From contig JAFRFV010000050.1 of the NCBI GenBank assembly GCA_017434185.1, positions 1 to 56,411 of the forward strand: a stretch of DNA of 56,411 bases. The letters are read 5' to 3'. Positions 52,347-56,411 of this stretch are shown here, piece by piece. The notes beneath the pieces are model-generated. The model worked only from the letters and a program-made list of their open reading frames with translations, ran no database searches and was not told where the DNA came from. The DNA is from Coriobacteriales bacterium (GTDB taxonomy: Bacteria; Actinomycetota; Coriobacteriia; Coriobacteriales; RUG844). The stretch's first letter is position 1; each line of letters starts with the position of its first letter. Position numbers and translations under genes: made by a program.

Positions 52347-53561
52347 ATGCCCAAAGTCCGAGGTTCCGGGGTAATCGAGAAGGACAAGCGCTACCGCAAC
52401 ACGTGGAAGATCACGTTCTACCTGGGCGAAAAGGACGAGCAAGGCCGGTACAAACGCGCACCGAAACGCACGGTGCACGGAACCAAGGGCGACGCCCGGG
52501 AAGCTCTGGCGGCCTACATCGAGGAATACGAGCAGGGCTCGAACCCTGCCAACCAGACCATCGCCCAGTACGCCAGGCGCTTCCACGAGCTCCGCGAGGG
52601 CGACCCGTCCATCAGTCCCCTGTCGTACAAGCGCGAAGCGCTCGACATCGACCATATCTGCGCCCTGTTCGGCGACATATCCCTGGCGAAGCTCACGCCC
52701 GGAATGGTCCGGACCATCGAGGCGGAGGCGCGCAAGACGGGTCGCTACTCCGAATCTGCCCTGCACAAGACGCACCAGAAGCTCCGCCAGATCATGCAGG
52801 ACGCTTACCTCAACGAGATCGTCCCCCGCAATGCGGTCGACCTCGTGCCCTTCCCGAGGCCGCGCCCGAAGGAGGCGCGCAAAAGCCTCACGCCCGACGA
52901 GGCGGCGAGGCTGTTCCACTGCGCCGAGGCAGAAGGCGGCGCCCATGCGACCGGGCTCATGCTGCTCATCGCAACCGGCATGCGGCGCGGCGAGATGCTC
53001 GGCCTCATGTGGGGCTACGTCGACCTCGACGGCGAGCGGCTCTTCATCGCCCACCAGTACGACACCGACAAGAACCTGCGCGAGCCCAAGACGGAGAAGA
53101 GCAAGCGCTGGGTGTCCATCAAAGGCCGCATGGCCAACGTCCTGCGCGCATGGAAGGCGCGGCAGGCCGACGAGCTTGCGGCAATCGGGCTTCCCCAGAC
53201 TGACGAGACGCCCGTGTTCGCCAACGAGCTCGGGCAGTTCATCGACCCGAACAACTACGCGCGCTGGTGGCGCAACTTTTCGGTCGACAACGGCTTCGGC
53301 ACGTTCACCAAGGACGTGCGCACCAACAGGATGAACGGCAAGGAGGTCACGCGCGGCAAGGGCTACGAGGGCCTGAAGCTCCACGAGCTGCGTCATACGC
53401 AGGCGACGCTCATCCAAGGCGCCGTCAACCCCAAGGCGGCGCAGCACCGACTCGGGCACTCGCAGATATCCATGACCATGAACACCTACGCACACGCGCT
53501 CGACGCCGACGAGATAGCCGCCGCCGAGGCGATGGACAGGATCCTGAGTCAGCAAAAGTAG
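52347..53561 (+). CDS. Tyrosine recombinase / phage-type integrase
   Basis: Catalytic set GMRRGE (R), HELRH (HxxR), LGHS and NTYAH (Y). N-terminal arm-binding-like domain. GAGGAG RBS. Confidence 0.95.
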   Translation: MPKVRGSGVIEKDKRYRNTWKITFYLGEKDEQGRYKRAPKRTVHGTKGDAREALAAYIEEYEQGSNPANQTIAQYARRFHELREGDPSISPLSYKREALDIDHICALFGDISLAKLTPGMVRTIEAEARKTGRYSESALHKTHQKLRQIMQDAYLNEIVPRNAVDLVPFPRPRPKEARKSLTPDEAARLFHCAEAEGGAHATGLMLLIATGMRRGEMLGLMWGYVDLDGERLFIAHQYDTDKNLREPKTEKSKRWVSIKGRMANVLRAWKARQADELAAIGLPQTDETPVFANELGQFIDPNNYARWWRNFSVDNGFGTFTKDVRTNRMNGKEVTRGKGYEGLKLHELRHTQATLIQGAVNPKAAQHRLGHSQISMTMNTYAHALDADEIAAAEAMDRILSQQK

Positions 53562-53645
53562 CCTTTAGAGGGGGTACTACCATAGAAAAACAAGGCTTCA
53601 TTATTGTATATGTCAAAACCTCATCAAATATGGTAAGGTGTTGCC

Positions 53646-54194
53646 ATGACTATTTACGATGACATATATGAAATCGCGGCAGACAACTACGGGATCGTGA
53701 CATCCGAGTAGGCGAAAGGTGTCGGGGCGTCCGACAAGGAGCTGTCTCGCATCGCGAAGGACGGCCGGCTCACCAGGATAGGCTACGGGGTCTACCGCAT
53801 CAAGCATTGGGTGCCAACTGGATACGACGCATATGCCGATAGCGTCGCGCTCGTCGGCCCGGGTGCCTACCTGTATGGAGAGTCCGTCATCGCCATGCAC
53901 GAGCTGGCTCCGACGAATCCTGCGAGGGTCTACGTCGCAACGCCCAACCGCGTGAGAAAGAGCCTGCCCGCCTCCATCAAGGTGGTCAAGCGCCGGGGAT
54001 GCGGGGACACGACGAAGTACGAGGGCATCCCTTCCCAGACGATTCCGGCTGCAATCCGATCCTGCAGAACGACCATGATGACGAGCAGACTCGCGGACGC
54101 GACAAGACGCGCACGTGAGCTGGGGCTCATCAGCGCAAGGGAAGAAAGCGAACTCTTGGAGGAGCTGAACGATGGCAATGAAAACGCCCAATAG
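53646..54194 (+). pseudogene. abiEi: Type IV TA antitoxin (AbiEi family) with an in-frame TAG at codon 22 (53709-53711)
   Basis: MTIYDDIYEIAADNYGIVTSE*AKGVG...RLTRIGYGVYRI (wHTH) continues in frame into the C-terminal domain ending at 54194. Confidence 0.78.
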
Positions 54195-54993
54195 CAGGCG
54201 AAACCTCGACGAGGCCATTAAGAGAGCGTTCGGCGCGGACTACCTGCAGGCGCGCATTGCAATGGCCAACGCCATCGTGGGCCAGATGCTGCCCGAGGGG
54301 GTCGTCAAGGGCGGTAGCGCTCTCAAGTTGCGTTTCGGTGATGCCGCGACCAGGTTCACCACCGACTTGGACACCGCGCGCGTGCACGATGTCGAGACTT
54401 TTGTCGACATGCTTGATGAGCGATTGGCAGTGGGTTGGTGCGGCTTCACGGGGCACGTTGTGCCGAGGAGCCCCGCGCACCCCGAAGGGGTGCCCGAGCA
54501 GTACGTCATGCAACCGTATGACGTGAAGCTGTCCTACAACGGGAAATCATGGCTTACCGTCCCGCTCGAGATTGGACACGACGAAATCGGAGATGCCGAC
54601 GAGGTCGAGTACGGACTCGCGGACGACGTCGCCGCGTTATTCGAAGCTGTCGGGCTCCCTTCCCCCGGTCTTTCGCCGCTCATGGCACTTCACCATCAGA
54701 TTGCCCAGAAGCTCCATGCCGTGAGCGCTCCGGGGAGCGAGCGGGCGCACGATTTGATTGACTTGCAGGTGATCTGCAAGCTGGGCGACGTGGATCTGCA
54801 ACGTACTCGTGAAACCTGCCTGCGCCTGTTTGCATACCGTAAGCAGCAGCAATGGCCGCCATCGATAGTTGCTGACGATAGCTGGACGGGACTGTACGAT
54901 GCACAAGCCGAAGGCCTTGATGTAATGGCGACCGCCAAAGATGCGGTTGCATGGGCAAACGAGCTGATTGTCGCCATCGACAACGCCCGCTGA
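54172..54993 (+). CDS. abiEii: AbiEii/AbiGii-family nucleotidyltransferase toxin
   Basis: VKGGSAL, RFTTDLD, QKLHA and RAHDLID; overlaps the antitoxin stop. Confidence 0.88.
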   Translation: MAMKTPNSRRNLDEAIKRAFGADYLQARIAMANAIVGQMLPEGVVKGGSALKLRFGDAATRFTTDLDTARVHDVETFVDMLDERLAVGWCGFTGHVVPRSPAHPEGVPEQYVMQPYDVKLSYNGKSWLTVPLEIGHDEIGDADEVEYGLADDVAALFEAVGLPSPGLSPLMALHHQIAQKLHAVSAPGSERAHDLIDLQVICKLGDVDLQRTRETCLRLFAYRKQQQWPPSIVADDSWTGLYDAQAEGLDVMATAKDAVAWANELIVAIDNAR

Positions 54994-55152
54994 TTATTGC
55001 GAGGGAGAGGGAGACGGACTTCTGGTACGGAAGCGAATACCGCAGCCACGACCTCGTGCCGTCGTTCGAACTTGCCGACTGAAAAGCGTAGCACCGCACG
55101 TCAGGTAATCCTGGCCAGCGAGCCGTGGTTTAGCAGAATGGAGGGAGGTACC

Positions 55153-55755
55153 GTGAACGCCCATACGCTCAACGTGCTGGCGGACGCCATATCCGAAATC
55201 GGGTCATGGTGGTGCTGGGACATAGAGGGTGACATCGTCCAGGTTGAGTTCCGCGACGTCCTGCTCTACGATGAATCGAAGCCAGAGCAAGAGACGCACA
55301 CCACCGATGTCCTGGCCGTCCGCTTCCGCGGCCACGCCTTCGCGGTCTTCCTGGACAACCTCGACGAGGAGGGCTGGCACGGGCGCTTCCGCGACGACGA
55401 TTCCATCCTCTTCGATATCGATGCGTATGACCTGGCATTCGACGACAGAGAAGGAGCCGGGTCGCTGCTAGGAGATTACAAGAATCGGGTGTCGGTCAAG
55501 AGTTTCGATGGCCCTCAAACGCTTGCGGCAGCGAAGCACCTCGTCTGCGCCCGATGCGATGAGGTCGGCTTCATCGTCGGAGGGGACGAGCTGGAGGTCG
55601 TCGGGCAAAAGGGGAAGTACACGGAAGAAGAGATAGAAGCGGCTGCCGAGAAATGGTGGGCGTATTGGCGGGATTACTGGCGGCTTAGGAAGACAAAAGA
55701 TGCCTTCAAGAAAGACTGGGCTTGCGAGGTGACCATCCCCGTTGCCGGGAATTAG
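55153..55755 (+). CDS. Hypothetical acidic protein (element cargo)
   Basis: GGAGG RBS then GTG 55153; 200 aa. No family recognised. Confidence 0.6.
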   Translation: MNAHTLNVLADAISEIGSWWCWDIEGDIVQVEFRDVLLYDESKPEQETHTTDVLAVRFRGHAFAVFLDNLDEEGWHGRFRDDDSILFDIDAYDLAFDDREGAGSLLGDYKNRVSVKSFDGPQTLAAAKHLVCARCDEVGFIVGGDELEVVGQKGKYTEEEIEAAAEKWWAYWRDYWRLRKTKDAFKKDWACEVTIPVAGN

Positions 55756-55985
55756 CCGGCGAAGTGTTCTTGTTAGAGCGTGTTTAAGGGTGACAAATTT
55801 GCGAGAATGCCGAAAGCACCACCCTTAATCGCCATTTTCGTGCTGACAAAAGACGAGATGGCTCGTTAAATGCAATCGCTGGTATCGAGTTAGAGCCAAG
55901 CGTCATTCCTCGAAAATCCCGAATGGGAATCCTCGATAATCCCGAAAGATGCGATCTGCCTTACGCATCAACCAATGAAGCGTTC

Positions 55986-56029
55986 AACTTGGGAACTTAG
56001 GAACTTCTCAACTTCCCAAGTTCCTAAGT
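55986..56029. repeat. 8-bp-period AACTTnnn direct repeats overlapping inverted repeats
   Basis: AACTTGGG AACTTAGG AACTTCTC AACTTCCC followed by AAGTTCCT AAGT. A 12-bp inverted repeat pairs 55995-56006 with 56018-56029. Confidence 0.65.
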
Positions 56030-56030
56030 A

Positions 56031-56411
56031 CTAGTTCGAAGTTTCGTTCTTTCTCGCCTCGGCCTTTGCCCGTTTCCTGCGGGCTTTGGCACGCTCATCC
56101 TTCTCGGCCTCCTGACAGCGTTTGCTGCAGTAGACCTTGGTGCTCTTGCGCTCCTTGTCGGCGCTGAACAGGCGGCCGCAGTGCTTGCATACACCCAACT
56201 TGCCATGCGAGTGATGCAGGCCGAAGGCGTACCAGATTCGCTCGAGATAGTTGTTGAACTGGATGCCGATGGATCCCACATCCCTGTCTGCCTTGTCATC
56301 ATGGACGACGCCCCAGCCGACGAACGTCCGCGCCAGATGCACCGACACTAGCTGTTGCACCATCAGCTCGGTGAGCGACTGCTGCGTTGTCAGGGCCTCG
56401 CGGCTCGGCAC
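56031..56411 (-). CDS. C-terminal part of a protein with a CGNR-like zinc finger (5' end outside the window)
   Basis: CKHCGRLF...KVYCSKRC followed by a basic tail. Confidence 0.6.
   Translation of the reverse strand: MPSREALTTQQSLTELMVQQLVSVHLARTFVGWGVVHDDKADRDVGSIGIQFNNYLERIWYAFGLHHSHGKLGVCKHCGRLFSADKERKSTKVYCSKRCQEAEKDERAKARRKRAKAEARKNETSN

Larger units (their letters stand above)
52050..56411. mobile_element. End of a tRNA-Met-integrated element (ICE, IME or prophage-like), continuing past the window
   Basis: att fragment, tyrosine integrase, AbiE TA pair and AT-rich intergenic segments. The orientation implies the intact tRNA lies beyond the right edge. Confidence 0.8.

Noticed and set aside
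3142-53555. Other long overlapping ORFs (3142-4497, 6175-7785, 10084-11565, 50123-51331, 52254-53555)
   Set aside because: Each lies opposite a gene with clear family motifs, and the translations show no recognisable features.
48435-53711. Genome-wide TAG reassignment or pyrrolysine use as the explanation for two in-frame TAGs
   Set aside because: Several well-bounded genes end in TAG at natural positions (1309, 5347, 12344, 16313, 47493), and no pyl genes are in the window. Kept only as a checkable alternative.

Overview
High-GC bacterial DNA. The sortase-type anchors, Tat lipoproteins and gene content suggest a monoderm, probably a Coriobacteriia-like gut or rumen actinobacterium (inference). 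The window has five blocks. (1) 1-7.7 kb: secreted lipoproteins and redox genes, including idi, a PTP-like lipoprotein, a TlpA / 48-aa CXXC / polyferredoxin operon and a Tat phosphoesterase. (2) 7.85-16.4 kb: an NHLM-type C39 peptide exporter co-transcribed with an ECF sigma factor, a STAS protein and a sensor-PP2C-anti-sigma-kinase fusion. It is divergent from a single unmodified double-glycine precursor and carries matched back-to-back ECF-like promoters, so it is a candidate self-contained peptide-signalling circuit. (3) 16.4-45 kb: a 24.7-kb gene for an 8,227-aa LPKTG-anchored beta-helical/RTX-like/coiled-coil surface protein and a small partner surface protein. They lie downstream of a second ECF sigma / two paralogous 2-TM proteins / 7TM / PrsW module. 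(4) 45-52 kb: a TetR-hydrolase unit, flavodoxins, an amber-interrupted methyltransferase and a yjdF riboswitch-yjdF gene. (5) From 52.05 kb: the end of an integrative element at a tRNA-fMet 3' fragment, carrying a tyrosine integrase and an AbiE toxin-antitoxin pair whose antitoxin has an in-frame TAG. A 9-mer, GATAAGCGC, is conspicuously frequent across the window. All family calls come from motif recognition by eye; no database search was run.
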